This document shows positions 55,101 through 64,000 of a stretch of 64,000 nt of DNA, one piece after another (position 1 is the first letter of the stretch; the number at the start of each line of letters is the position of its first letter). The DNA lies in the NCBI GenBank assembly GCA_000165345.1, contig CM000432.1, forward strand, positions 1-64,000. Direction: 5' to 3'. A model generated the notes under the pieces. It did no database searches, was not told the DNA's origin, and saw only the letters and a list, made by a program, of their open reading frames with translations. A program made the translations under genes and the position numbers.

Positions 55101-57699
55101 AATAGCAAAAGCTAAGGCAAAATCAAAGTCTAATTCTGTCTTATCAAAGCTTCCTTCTAAAGTTAATAAAGAAACAAGCAAAGCTGAGAATGATTTAGAA
55201 AATGAGATAGAAAAAGATGATGAATCAAATAAAAAAGAAACTAAAAAGGAGGAAGATTCAATAGCAAAGCTTAAAGCAAAAGTACCTGTTAAGCCAAGTC
55301 CTTTATTGAAATCAAAGAGTGAAAAAGAAAAGGAGAAAGAAGAAGATAAAGATGAGGAGAAGAAAGAAAAGGACAAAGAGAAAAAGGAAAAGTTAAAAGA
55401 AAAAGAAGAGGAAGGTAAGGAGAAAAGTAATGAAAAGGATAAAGGAGAAGATAAGGATGAAAAGGATAAATCAAAAAGTAAAATAAAAGACTCTCAGAAA
55501 GAGGAAAAATTAGAAGAAACGGAGAAAAATTCATTAAAGAAAGAGTCCAAAGATGATGAGAAGAAAGAAAAGGAGGATCCAATAGCGAAACTTAAGGCGA
55601 AAGTACCTGTTAAGCCAAGTCCTTTATTGAAATCAAAGAGTGAAAAAGAAAAGGAGAAAGAAGATAAAGATGAGGAGAAGAAAGAAAAGGAGGACAAAGA
55701 GAAAAAGGAAAAGTTAAAAGAAAAAGGAGAGGAAGGCAAGGAAAAGGAGGAAGGTAAAGAAAAGGAGAAAGAGAAAGAAAAGGATGAAAAGGATAAATCA
55801 AAAAGTAAAACAAAAGATTTTGAGAAAGAAAAATTAAAGGAAACTGAAAAGGGCGAAAAAGAAGCCGAAAAAGATTCATCAAAGAAAGAGTCCAAAGATG
55901 AGGAGAAGAAAGAAAAGGAGGATCCAATAGCAAAACTTAAGGCAAAGGTACCTGTTAAGCCAAGTCCTTTATTGAAATCAAAGAGTGAAAAAGAAAAGGA
56001 GAAAGAAGAAGATAAAGATGAGGAGAAGAAAGAAAAGGAGGACAAAGAGAAAAAAGAAAAGTTAAAAGAAAAAGAAGAGGAAGGTAAAGAAAAAGAGAAA
56101 GAAAAGGTCAAAGCTCAAAAGAAAAAAGATGAAAAGGAAGAAAAAGATAAGGACGAAAAAGAAGATGATAAAGAAAAGAGTAAAGAAAGTGAAAATCTTG
56201 AAAAAAAACCAACTATTTCAGAAAAAGTTATAAACCCTGAAGGTAAAATTGATGAGAAGGACTCAGAAAAAGAAACTTTAAATCATAGTAAAACTAAGGA
56301 AATTGCTAAAACAAAGGCTGCAGCTCAACTTAAGGCAGCTATATTAGCAAGAGCATCATCTAAAAAGAATATATCAGCTGATAATAGTGAAGATTCAAAG
56401 TTAAAGAAATCTGAATCTAAGAAAGATATTATCAAAGATGAAGCCAAAGATGAAAGTAAGACAAATAAAGATGGAAAGGATCTCAAAAAAACTTTGAAAG
56501 AAGGTGAGGGTTCAATTTCAAAGGTTAAAGGAAAAGGTAAGGTAAAGACTAAGGCAAAGGCAAAAGAAGCCCCACCTCCAGCTGAAGAATCAAGTTGGTT
56601 CAGTGGTTGGTTTGGAACTTCAGCACCGGAAGAACCTCCCAAAGAAGAGGAGAAAAAAGAAGAGAAAAAAGAGGATGAAACGCCGCCACCACCACCACCA
56701 GCTGAGGAGTCAAGTTGGTTCAGTGGTTGGTTTGGAACCTCAGCACCTGAAGAACCACCTAAGGAGGATCCAGCGAAAAAACCTCCTAAAAAGCATTTAG
56801 TTAAGAAATCATCTTCTGTGAAGAAAGATGATGGCGAAAAGAAAGAAGAAAAGGAGGAAAAGAAGGAGGTGAAGAAAGACGAAAAAGAGGAGAAGAAAGA
56901 TGAAAAAGAGGATAAGAAAGACGAAAAGAAGGAAGGAATAGAGGAGACAAAAGAGAAGAAAGAGGAGAAGAAGGAAGGTGACGAAAAGAAGGATGAAACA
57001 GATAATAAGGAGGTAAAGGAAATTGCTGAAAAGGAAAAAACAGGGGTAGACCCAGAGAAAAAAGCTGTCAAAGCAAAGACAAAATCTAAAGCAAAGGCTA
57101 AAGCTAAGGAAGAGCCACCTCCTGCACCACCAGCAGAAGAATCAAGTTGGTTCAGTGGTTGGTTTGGAGCTTCAGCACCGGAAGAACCTCCTAAAGAAGA
57201 GGAGAAAAAAGAAGAGAAAAAAGAGGATGCACCACCAGCTGAAGAGTCGAGCTGGTTCGGCGGTTGGTTTGGAGCCTCCACACCTGAAGAGCCACCTAAG
57301 GAAGATCCAGCAAAAAGACCTACTCCAAAAGTACATCCGGCAAAAAAATCATCCTCCGTGAAGAAGGATAATGATGAAAAGAAAGAAGAAAAGGAGGAAA
57401 AGAAGGAGGAGAAAAAAGAGGAAAAGAAGGAGGAGAAGAAAGAGGAAAAGGAGGAAAAGAAAGAGGACGATGAAAAAGAAAAAAAAGTAGTAAAAGCTAA
57501 AACAAAAACAAAAGCAAAAGCAAAAGCCAAGGCTAAGGAAGAGCCACCTCCTGCACCACCAGCAGAAGAGTCAAGCTGGTTCAGTGGCTGGTTTGGAGCT
57601 GCTGCACCCGCAGAGCCCGAGCCAGAACCAAATAAAGAAGAGCCAAAGGAGGAACAAAAAACTGAGGAACCTGCTGCAACATCCTGGTGGGGATGGTAA
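52198..57699 (+). CDS. giant coiled-coil / low-complexity protein of 1833 aa. The N-terminal 500 aa is heptad coiled-coil. The rest is Lys/Glu-rich with three distinct tandem-repeat arrays and a Trp-rich C-terminus (TSWWGW).
   Basis: Single uninterrupted ORF. All antisense ORFs (54150..55376, 55494..56111, 56325..57530 and others) are repeat shadows. Confidence 0.75.
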   Translation: MTISRSSSSLNEDGKINRSKIVPYITREMSIAQLQDKKYHSFVQNTLADYQASAFDAQKIALEKDKELKELRDTQNSVKVSLKYYQEKCQQLENELKATSMGLLYGRKEKEQEREIARLSTEITSFEKKKEELETNLRYYQDREMYLQHELELKENELNKLSQEFATLTETYNSTYSELEKCKFDLSTEQNNNKTLENQLKVKNDEITKYKGSLTTKEAEINNLKNEIQKLNSMVEINKSEINTISEQLKLKQKECLDYSSKIQQIELDMRKNLDENEVLIKDLNSQITLTRNDLTQKVELINELNSRISTLDLKLQESSRDILEKEKTIGKLKAEQQITSLEADGLKTKIQIIEQEKTNIEQEIETILVEKKKIDEELKDTINRKNSKLDEALTYRIESAITAEREINQLKEKNQIIEFEKKMMEEKLEISNNNIKIKDDEIQQLKTTIQDLNRQNIKLENELHSLQESSRRESVENTFRSSRIGSNIVSSKINASSGSTVNTSENTISSNIATSNAETVEKVVNADTLVDTSIQDSAVNAASTTVKMPSSKSISSKSAISSLPKPKAKSAVKSAPATEENNGDQTISEPASISEVKSKAGSKSMPVSKSKSVIKAKSQVVAKSDMDSGQIVKEDNETKDNEDEAAKVRAQKEKEEAEAKALKEKEEAEAKAKKEKEEAEAKALKEKEEAEAKAKKEKEKEEAEAKAKKEKEEAEAKAKKEKEEAEAKALKEKEEAEAKAKKEKEKEEAEAKAKKEKEEAEAKAKKEKEEAEAKAKKEKEEAEAKAKKEKEEAEAKAKKEKEEAEAKAKKEKEEAEAKAKKEKEEAEAKAKKEKEEAEAEAEAKAKKEKEEAEAKAKKEKEEAEAKAKKEKEEAEAKAKKEKEEAEAKAKKEKEEAEAKAKKEKEEAEAKAKKEKEEAEAKAKKEKEEADTKEKEKTEIKENSKIDSDSEENSESKEKKSTGLLAKTIAKAKAKSKSNSVLSKLPSKVNKETSKAENDLENEIEKDDESNKKETKKEEDSIAKLKAKVPVKPSPLLKSKSEKEKEKEEDKDEEKKEKDKEKKEKLKEKEEEGKEKSNEKDKGEDKDEKDKSKSKIKDSQKEEKLEETEKNSLKKESKDDEKKEKEDPIAKLKAKVPVKPSPLLKSKSEKEKEKEDKDEEKKEKEDKEKKEKLKEKGEEGKEKEEGKEKEKEKEKDEKDKSKSKTKDFEKEKLKETEKGEKEAEKDSSKKESKDEEKKEKEDPIAKLKAKVPVKPSPLLKSKSEKEKEKEEDKDEEKKEKEDKEKKEKLKEKEEEGKEKEKEKVKAQKKKDEKEEKDKDEKEDDKEKSKESENLEKKPTISEKVINPEGKIDEKDSEKETLNHSKTKEIAKTKAAAQLKAAILARASSKKNISADNSEDSKLKKSESKKDIIKDEAKDESKTNKDGKDLKKTLKEGEGSISKVKGKGKVKTKAKAKEAPPPAEESSWFSGWFGTSAPEEPPKEEEKKEEKKEDETPPPPPPAEESSWFSGWFGTSAPEEPPKEDPAKKPPKKHLVKKSSSVKKDDGEKKEEKEEKKEVKKDEKEEKKDEKEDKKDEKKEGIEETKEKKEEKKEGDEKKDETDNKEVKEIAEKEKTGVDPEKKAVKAKTKSKAKAKAKEEPPPAPPAEESSWFSGWFGASAPEEPPKEEEKKEEKKEDAPPAEESSWFGGWFGASTPEEPPKEDPAKRPTPKVHPAKKSSSVKKDNDEKKEEKEEKKEEKKEEKKEEKKEEKEEKKEDDEKEKKVVKAKTKTKAKAKAKAKEEPPPAPPAEESSWFSGWFGAAAPAEPEPEPNKEEPKEEQKTEEPAATSWWGW
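54150..54990 (+). repeat. about 29 tandem copies of a 39-bp unit encoding KEKEEAEAKAKKE (with KAL/KAK alternation) inside CDS 52198..57699
   Basis: Read directly from the sequence. There is synonymous wobble variation between units (gaa/gag, aaa/aag, gct/gcc), so this is not a sequencing artefact. Confidence 0.9.
55255..56100 (+). repeat. three tandem copies of a 320-345-bp unit (about 110 aa, starting DSIAKLKAKVPVKPSPLLKSKSEKEKEKEEDKDEEKKEK) inside CDS 52198..57699
   Basis: Units begin near 55261, 55581 and 55925 with more than 90% identity. Confidence 0.85.
56570..57620 (+). repeat. five dispersed copies of an aromatic motif module PPAEESSWFSGWFG(A/T)SAPEEPPKE(E/D), separated by KE-rich spacers. 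Four copies form two pairs and the fifth stands alone.
   Basis: Copies begin near 56575, 56695, 57130, 57235 and 57550. Confidence 0.85.
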
Positions 57700-58326
57700 A
57701 TTTAATGTATCATATAATAATAATATTAATTTAATTAGTATTTCTATTAGCGAAATAGTTACGTTTTCATATATTTGAATTATCTTAAAATATAATCTTA
57801 TTTTTACAAATGCACATACACAATTTTTAAGGCGGGAATTCTCTCGTGTAGTATATAATTTTTTTTTCAAGGGGAAAATATAGGTAAAAACAATCGTTTT
57901 GAATTTAGAATATTCTAAAACAATTTCAGTATTAAGGGTAAAGAAAAATAAGATATACAGAAGGTTTTTATAATATTTTTAGTATTACAACAAAATTAAT
58001 ATTATAAAATATTGAAGGGATTAGCACGTATTGTGGAAACAAATTTGTAAATTAAAAAAAAACTCTAAATTCGTGCATAGAGGGGAGATTTTGAATAAAC
58101 AAAAAAAAAAATAATTATTATAAAAAAGATATAATATTCTGTAATCACCAAGTAAAAGGTCGTATATAATCATATTCATAATATTTATGATTTAATATAC
58201 CAAGAAAATATAATTCCACAAAATATTTATTAAGAATTTATTTTTAGATTAATTCAAATTATTAATATTATTTTCAACTAAATTAAACAAAAAAAAAAAA
58301 AAATAATTATCAATATTACAGGTAAA

Positions 58327-58979
58327 ATGGGAGATAACAAAAGAATGACTCTGGTAAGTTTAACAACTATGCTTATTGGCCTTAATTAATTTTTTATTAT
58401 AAATATTTAAAGGAACTCAGAGGCCTCCAAGTATTTACAGACGAGCTTGAAGAAGATAAGCAGGTTGGAATAAAGCTGATTGGTAATAGAAACGACAACT
58501 TTTTGGGTATTATTAGAGGGCCTATAGGAACACCATATGAAGGTGGTATATTCCAACTTGATATTATTGTACCAAAAGAATATCCATACGAGCCTCCAAA
58601 AGTTAAATTCATCACAAGAATTTGGCATCCGAATATTTCTAGTCAAACAGGAGCTATTTGCTTGGATATTTTAAAAGATGCCTGGAGCCCTGCTTTAACT
58701 CTTAGAACAGTAATGCTTTCTATACAAGCATTACTCTCTTCTCCTGAACCAAATGATCCTCAAGATGCATTGGTCGCATCTCTATACAAAAGTGATTACC
58801 AAGAATATATTGAAACGGCCAAAAGTTGGACACAAATGTATGCAAAGCCAACATCAAAGGAAGAAAGGATTAAGAGATTTCTTGATATGGGATTCAACCG
58901 TGAATCTATAATAACAGCACTAGAAAGAAATAATTGGGATGAAAATCTCGCTCTAAATGAGCTATTATTTGAAAACTAA
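58327..58979 (+). CDS. UBE2K: ubiquitin-conjugating enzyme E2 with a C-terminal UBA domain (UBE2K/E2-25K/Ubc1 type), 2 exons: join(58327..58353,58413..58979)
   Basis: The UBC core has HPN plus active-site Cys (FITRIWHPNISSQTGAICLDILKDAWSPALTLRTV). The C-terminal KRFLDMGFNRESIITALERNNWDENLALNELL is a UBA. Exon 1 (MGDNKRMTL) ends at donor GTAAGT at 58354. The acceptor tttaaag is at 58411-58412 and the intron is 59 nt, phase 0. The ORF track shows only 58503.. with a TTG start. Confidence 0.85.
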
Positions 58980-59193
58980 CTTTTTTAACGTATTTTACCT
59001 AACTTTACGTTAATATTCTTAATTACAATTCAGTGTTTTTAAATACCTAAATCAGCTATCAATTACTAAATTATTGCCCACCGAATGCCTTAATATAATT
59101 ACATCTTCCATATTAAATTTTATTTGTTTAGTTCTCTTTCTCATATTTTCCACCTCCCCACATTAAGCATGTATAGCCCATGCATCAATACAA

Positions 59194-59205
59194 GGCGCGC
59201 GCGCC
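59194..59205. promoter_or_regulatory. perfect GC palindrome GGCGCGCGCGCC, preceded by CCATGCATC, upstream of the multi-exon gene at about 59.3 kb
   Basis: A 12-nt all-GC palindrome in AT-rich DNA, adjacent to a TGCAT motif. Confidence 0.35.
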
Positions 59206-59381
59206 AAAGCAGTGTCTTGTGTGATTTTACATGTCAAATTATTGCAATGTTAGTGGTTAAATAAAAAAAATTTAAGAAATTAAAATAAAGTCAATACAAT
59301 CATTAATATTCTATTTACAGAGTAATAAAGGTTTTCTATGTTGGCATTTTTGAATTTGTAAATTTAAAACAAGGGGAAAAA

Positions 59382-60449
59382 GTGTTATCAGTTGGAGTAA
59401 AAGGTTTACATGAAGTCTTTCATTTTGATTTTACTTTTTTTAAATTTTTCTCTAATACTAAAGGTAAGATAAATTTAATCAATCATTTATTATATTTCTT
59501 ACAATTTTTCCAGGTTTTAGCAGAAAATCAGTCAAAAAAAGATGATTCTGAATTACTATATACTAAGGATAATGTACGTTTGAATAATATTTTAATGACC
59601 TCAATCAAAAAAGGCTTTAGATTAATTATATTATAACAGGCAGTTGCTTATATAGATATTCTAAATTTGTAAATGAATTTAAAAGAGTTAGTAGAAATAG
59701 TTTATTATGGCCAAAGTTAACAAAAAATGAAAGTAATGCAAAACTAAAACATCGATTTAATGAGAAATATGCAATGCTTAGTTCCTTTATGGCAATCAAA
59801 AAAATATTACAAATTCAATCAAAATACTCGGCAAACAATGATTATTTCGATACTGTTGTGCTTTTGAGGGTCAATATAGCACTAATGGAAATCACTCTTG
59901 AATCTAAGCTGAATGAAATACCTGAAGATGCTAGAAATAAAGTATTTGAACTGAAAAAGAGAATTATAACAAATAATTATGTATTGAATAAGTATTATCA
60001 AAATCAGTTCAATATTCTAAACCTTGAAAGAAAAAATTTATTCAAGGTTTTTTTACGCTATTTTATTTACCCTGCATATTTAGATCTTTACAGTTATGGA
60101 AATATTATATTATCGAGGTAAGTTGTGCTTAAATATACTCATTCAAGTTGAAATGAATAAATAATTAATAAAATCTGAATATCAATAGGCTTGACCAAAA
60201 ATTACAAAAAAAAGTTGCATATATTTATAAAGATGTTAGCTCATTAAAAAAGACGTTTTTAGGATTATTTGACACTGTAAGTTATTATATATATATATAT
60301 ATATATAATTTAAGTAACCTGATTATATTTTAAACCAAAATTTTCAAAATTTAGTGTAACTGAAAGAAACATAGTATAGCATTATTAAAGTAATTAATTA
60401 TAATTTATTTTTCAAGAGCAAAAAAATGAATAAAACGATAAAACAATAA
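59382..60449 (+). CDS. multi-exon gene of unknown function with a partial model. The main exon is about 59640..60117. Later exons are 60189..60276 and a terminal exon ending at stop 60447-60449 (acceptor at 60416 or 60374). Possible upstream exons are 59382..59463 and 59513..59573/59577.
   Basis: An open frame of about 160 codons runs from 59642 to donor GTAAGT at 60118, with no ATG before 59774. Acceptor tcaatag at 60187-60188 gives an in-phase exon of 88 nt that ends at donor GTAAGT at 60277. The following intron contains (TA)n. Upstream, GTAAGA at 59464 / ccag at 59511-59512 and ttataacag at 59638-59639 look like further splice sites, but the phases could not be fully resolved. Confidence 0.3.
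60287..60307. repeat. (TA)n microsatellite of about 10 units inside an intron
   Basis: Read directly. Confidence 0.8.
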
Positions 60450-60471
60450 ATTAGTAAAAGTAATTGATTTA

Positions 60472-61791
60472 TTAACTATTATTTACCATATATATTTTAT
60501 TGTTAATTTGTTTAATAAAGAAGAACGTTGCTTTAGAAATGGATTCAAAAATAACATAAAGAGGTATCTTGTTTTGTACCGTAATATTCTTCCAAAGATT
60601 TCGGACAAGAGAAGAGTGAATTAGAGCAGTATCTTCAATACTTGAACCAAGCAATGCAATAGGAGCTATAAATTCATTGTGAACAAAGTTGATCATTTCA
60701 TCGATTTCTCTGGAAATTTCAATACTCTTTTTTCTATCAATATTTGATAGATCTCTAGTATTCCATATACCAAACCCTTTTTCATGATGCATTAAAATAT
60801 CAAAGTTCTCATCTTGATATCTGTAGCTAAAGGCAGTATGTACCGGACAACTCTTAATATTACTTCTAAATAAGTTTAAATTGGTGGATAATTTTTTGAA
60901 GCTTTTACGTTGAACCTTATTTAATAATAATAATCCAACCTGAGATGCCTTAATATCAATAAGCTTTAGTAATATTCTAATATATCCCTTTAGTTCAATA
61001 ACCATATTAATCATTGCTTCCTCAGATCTTTTATATTTAATTTCTGGAATATTTTGATTAAAATCATTAACAAATAATTTTTTAAATAACTTTTTATATT
61101 TTCTATCTGCAGTTTTAGATTTATTATTCAGCTTATTAATTGTATCTCCCAATTCTCCTTCATCAAACAATGATGAAACCCCCATCTTTTGTGAAATTTG
61201 TCGTAACTGACGTAGAGCTGAAGGAATCCTTTGAACATACTCTTTATGTATTTCATTATCCCAGTAGTACCAAATTGTATTGTGCATCTTTTCCATTGTA
61301 ATTTGCCAATCAAGGTCGTTTAACTTTGATAAGAAATTTTCATCTATAATTACGTTTGAGATTTCCTCACCTTTCTTTAATGGAGTCAAACTTTCAAATT
61401 TGTTATTTCGAGTTAAATTAGAATCAAATTCATGATCTAAAAGAGTTTCAAACATTTCTGTTAAGATTTTATTCTTCTCCATCTTTTCCTTCTCGACAAC
61501 CTTCTTAATATCTTCTTCTGTGATTTCACGAGTAATTTCAGTTTTATTATCGAGCTTTTCAGAATCAAAGGTCAAATTTGTATCTACCTGTAATCTTTTA
61601 ATCATATTTTCAACCTCTTCCATAATAATTTGACCTCTATTGTTTCCAATCACATCGTCTGATGTATTGTTGTAATTTTCAATTTCTTTGTATTCATCAA
61701 TGTTCTCGCTCAATGCTAAACCAAAGAAAATTACAAAAATAAAAACAGCCTGGAAAAAATAAACTTCCAGATAATTTAAATTCATATTCAA
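60472..61791 (-). CDS. hypothetical secreted protein, 439 aa, with N-terminal signal peptide/TM (MNMNLNYLEVYFFQAVFIFVIFFGLALS)
   Basis: Long ATG-initiated ORF with a hydrophobic N-terminus. No recognisable domain. Convergent with the upstream gene, with only about 22 nt between the stops. Confidence 0.5.
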   Translation of the reverse strand: MNMNLNYLEVYFFQAVFIFVIFFGLALSENIDEYKEIENYNNTSDDVIGNNRGQIIMEEVENMIKRLQVDTNLTFDSEKLDNKTEITREITEEDIKKVVEKEKMEKNKILTEMFETLLDHEFDSNLTRNNKFESLTPLKKGEEISNVIIDENFLSKLNDLDWQITMEKMHNTIWYYWDNEIHKEYVQRIPSALRQLRQISQKMGVSSLFDEGELGDTINKLNNKSKTADRKYKKLFKKLFVNDFNQNIPEIKYKRSEEAMINMVIELKGYIRILLKLIDIKASQVGLLLLNKVQRKSFKKLSTNLNLFRSNIKSCPVHTAFSYRYQDENFDILMHHEKGFGIWNTRDLSNIDRKKSIEISREIDEMINFVHNEFIAPIALLGSSIEDTALIHSSLVRNLWKNITVQNKIPLYVIFESISKATFFFIKQINNKIYMVNNS

Positions 61792-62110
61792 ATCTTTTGA
61801 TATCTAGTTTTATTACTTCGATTATATTGATGCCAATCGCTTATTTTTAGATCCTATTTACTGTTAAACAAATACTATGATAAATAAGTTTAATGTATTC
61901 GTTATATTGCAATAAGTTGCAAAGAAAGATATATATTACTCTTTCTTCGGTTAATGTTCTCTTAATTTATGTAGAATTTTCTCATATAATAAATCTTTTA
62001 ATTTCTTTTATTAAATTTTTTTTTTCCCCACGTAATTTTTTGTTATTTCAATTTTTGTGCGCCCAATTTAATAATTGTAGAAATATTTGAATGATATATA
62101 TAAATATGCA

Positions 62111-62142
<32 letters not shown>

Positions 62143-63498
62143 TTAATATTAAATTTTATTACTAATTAAAATTATCTAATAGTTTTCTAATCAAAAAAAT
62201 CTTTAATTTTAATTTAAAAAAGTTAAATATAAAGGAAATTCATCATTTCTTCAATTAATTTGCTTTCACTAAATATTTGTTCAAAATTTTTTTTTACCGA
62301 AATAAATATAATTATAGACAATTAATTTTTTTTTCGTTTAACAAAAAATTTAGGATTTTGCTTGAATTATTTACAAATCACAGTTTATGTGAGTATTTGC
62401 AAATTTGGGAAAAAAATGTAGAATAGATAGTTGAAGGAGCCAACTTAGTCTATTTTAAATAAGAATAATCTATTATCAAGTCAAAAGTTAAAAAAGTATT
62501 GACAATAAAAATGATATCAATTCTATAACTATAAACAAAAAGCGTCGAATTTTTTACTAAAGTTTATTTAGTCTAGCAAATAAATCATTCGATATTTATA
62601 AAAAATATTACCTTAATTAAATAAGAAAGTTAAAATGCCTTAGCCATTTTTATTAATATTTCAAAACATCAAATTTATTGATCCGTGGAATATTTTCTGC
62701 AGATAGACTCGGCGTCTTGTCTACAAGAAGTGCATTTAACAGTCAAAGTATTAAGAGGGGTGTGTGTGTAATGCATATAAATTTTTGAAAATTTTTGAAA
62801 ATCGCGTTACGTAAAAAAAAATTAAATCTTTAAAGTCGGACGTATAATATACAAATTAACGTTTTTTTTGTATTTTTTTCTTTTTTTAACATTAAGTCTA
62901 TTGAATAAGTAAGTATTAAAAAAAATAATAATAGATTGTGGAAGGAGTCCACATTAATTACAATTATTATTATTTTTTTTTTAAATTGGAAATATTACTG
63001 TAATATACAAAAGAATTCAAAGCAAATTCATTTAATAATTAAAAAAAAAATATTGTACTAATTCTTCTGGATTTTATTCTGGAACTAATTTATATTATGT
63101 TTAATAAAAGGCATAGTTAAAGAAAATTGCTCTAATAATAAAAAGACATATATTACACATGTATACACGAAAACTCTTATAAAAAATATTATAAGTTAAT
63201 ATATATCTGTAAGAATATATATGAAAATATCAGTAATTTCTATAATTAAAGAGAATAATTTAAGTTAATTAATTTGAAAAAGCTTATTGTTTTGAAGAAA
63301 TAAAAACAGGAAAAGTTACAAGAATTCAAGGGATAAGGTAAGGGATATATTACAAAAAATATATATATACTAGAGAATAATAATTGTTTTATAAAAAGCA
63401 AGATATTTATGTAACTATTAAGGATAAAATTCCATAAATTACAAAATCAAGTATAAGTTTTGAAAAGATTTGAATTAATTTAAAATAATTGTGTGAAA

Positions 63499-64000
63499 AT
63501 GAGCAATGTTAATGTACAATTATCAAGAAAGCAACAACTATTAGAGAGAGGATGCAACGAAATGATAGAAGAAAAAACTAATTTGACTAATTTAAATCAC
63601 AATGTTACTTTGAGTTCTGGATTATCAACAACTGCAACATCTTCAACAAATTTGGAAACATCATCAAAAAAATATTCACTAGGAAAAACTTTGGGAACTG
63701 GATCATTTGGAATTGTTTGTGAGGTATTCGATATAGAATCAGGAAAAAGATTTGCTTTGAAAAAAGTTTTACAAGATCCAAGATATAAAAATAGAGAATT
63801 AGATATAATGAAGGTTTTGGATCATGTAAATATTATTAAATTAGTGGATTATTTTTATACAACAGGAGATGAAGAGCCAAAACCTCCTCAACCTCCTGAT
63901 GATCATAATAAATTAGGAGGAAAAAATAATGGAGTAAATAATCATCACAAAAGTGTAATTGTAAATCCATCTCAAAATAAGTATTTAAATGTCATTATGG
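63499..64000 (+). CDS. GSK3: glycogen synthase kinase 3 (GSK-3) homolog, 5' part only; the CDS continues past the window end
   Basis: The ATG at 63499 opens a frame encoding ...YSLGKTLGTGSFGIVCEVFDIESGKRFALKKVLQDPRYKNRELDIMKVLDHVNIIKLVDYFYTTGDEE. The Gly loop, VAIKK and LQD(K/P)R(F/Y)KNREL are diagnostic of GSK-3. It is absent from the ORF track because the frame is not closed within the window. Confidence 0.85.
   Translation, partial: MSNVNVQLSRKQQLLERGCNEMIEEKTNLTNLNHNVTLSSGLSTTATSSTNLETSSKKYSLGKTLGTGSFGIVCEVFDIESGKRFALKKVLQDPRYKNRELDIMKVLDHVNIIKLVDYFYTTGDEEPKPPQPPDDHNKLGGKNNGVNNHHKSVIVNPSQNKYLNVIM

Noticed and set aside
54150-57530. Long minus-strand ORFs (54150..55376, 55494..56111, 56325..57530) and small plus-strand ORFs 56603..56800 and 57155..57361 rich in S/F/L
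   Set aside because: These are antisense or alternative-frame shadows of the tandem-repeat region of the plus-strand giant CDS. Their composition (poly-SFSF, LALASAS) simply mirrors the KE-rich repeats, and they have no independent start context.
54150-57620. Regular direct repeats as a possible CRISPR array
   Set aside because: This is a eukaryotic locus. The repeats are in-frame coding units with no unique spacers, and there are no cas genes.

Overview
This window is a eukaryotic chromosome end, not a prokaryotic locus. Positions 41-770 are a telomere array of CCTAAA units on the + strand, the complement of TTTAGG. That hexamer, the roughly 70% AT content, the compact gene spacing and the short GTAAGT...AG introns all point to a Cryptosporidium-type apicomplexan genome. 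The species cannot be determined from the sequence alone. The first 45 nt look like a degraded pUC-type polylinker, so the contig end probably still carries cloning-vector sequence from a telomere clone. Moving inward there is a gene-poor subtelomere at 0.8-7.7 kb with three small secreted-protein genes. After that come a tandem pair of paralogous genes with an N-myristoylation motif at 7.7-11.4 kb, then about 50 kb of densely packed housekeeping genes. These include ATG7 (an E1-like enzyme), a Cys-rich multi-pass membrane protein, eIF2D/ligatin, a SAC1 phosphoinositide phosphatase, RRP7, a mitochondrial carrier, RNA polymerase III subunit RPC82, an RbAp48-like WD40 protein, a STAR-type KH protein, a RAD5/RAD16-like SNF2-RING ATPase, PRP31, an RMP1-like protein, MMS19-like and VPS8-like giant proteins, and a 1833-aa coiled-coil protein whose C-terminal half is built from three nested tandem-repeat arrays. 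The window also contains a UBA-containing E2 enzyme (UBE2K/Ubc1), a secreted protein, and the 5' part of GSK-3, which runs off the window end. The supplied ORF track is intron-blind. I found at least 10 genes with short introns of 51-114 nt, almost all with GTAAGT donors, and corrected their models. One of them, PRP31, has a first exon that is only the ATG. Intergenic regions carry recurring GGCGCC/TGGCGCCA (E2F-like) and TGCATGCA (AP2/G-box-like) motifs, often at divergent promoters. I found no tRNA, rRNA or CRISPR features, and no single system I would call novel. The most unusual items are the subtelomeric paralog pair, the nested-repeat giant protein, the vector-like contig end and the high intron density.
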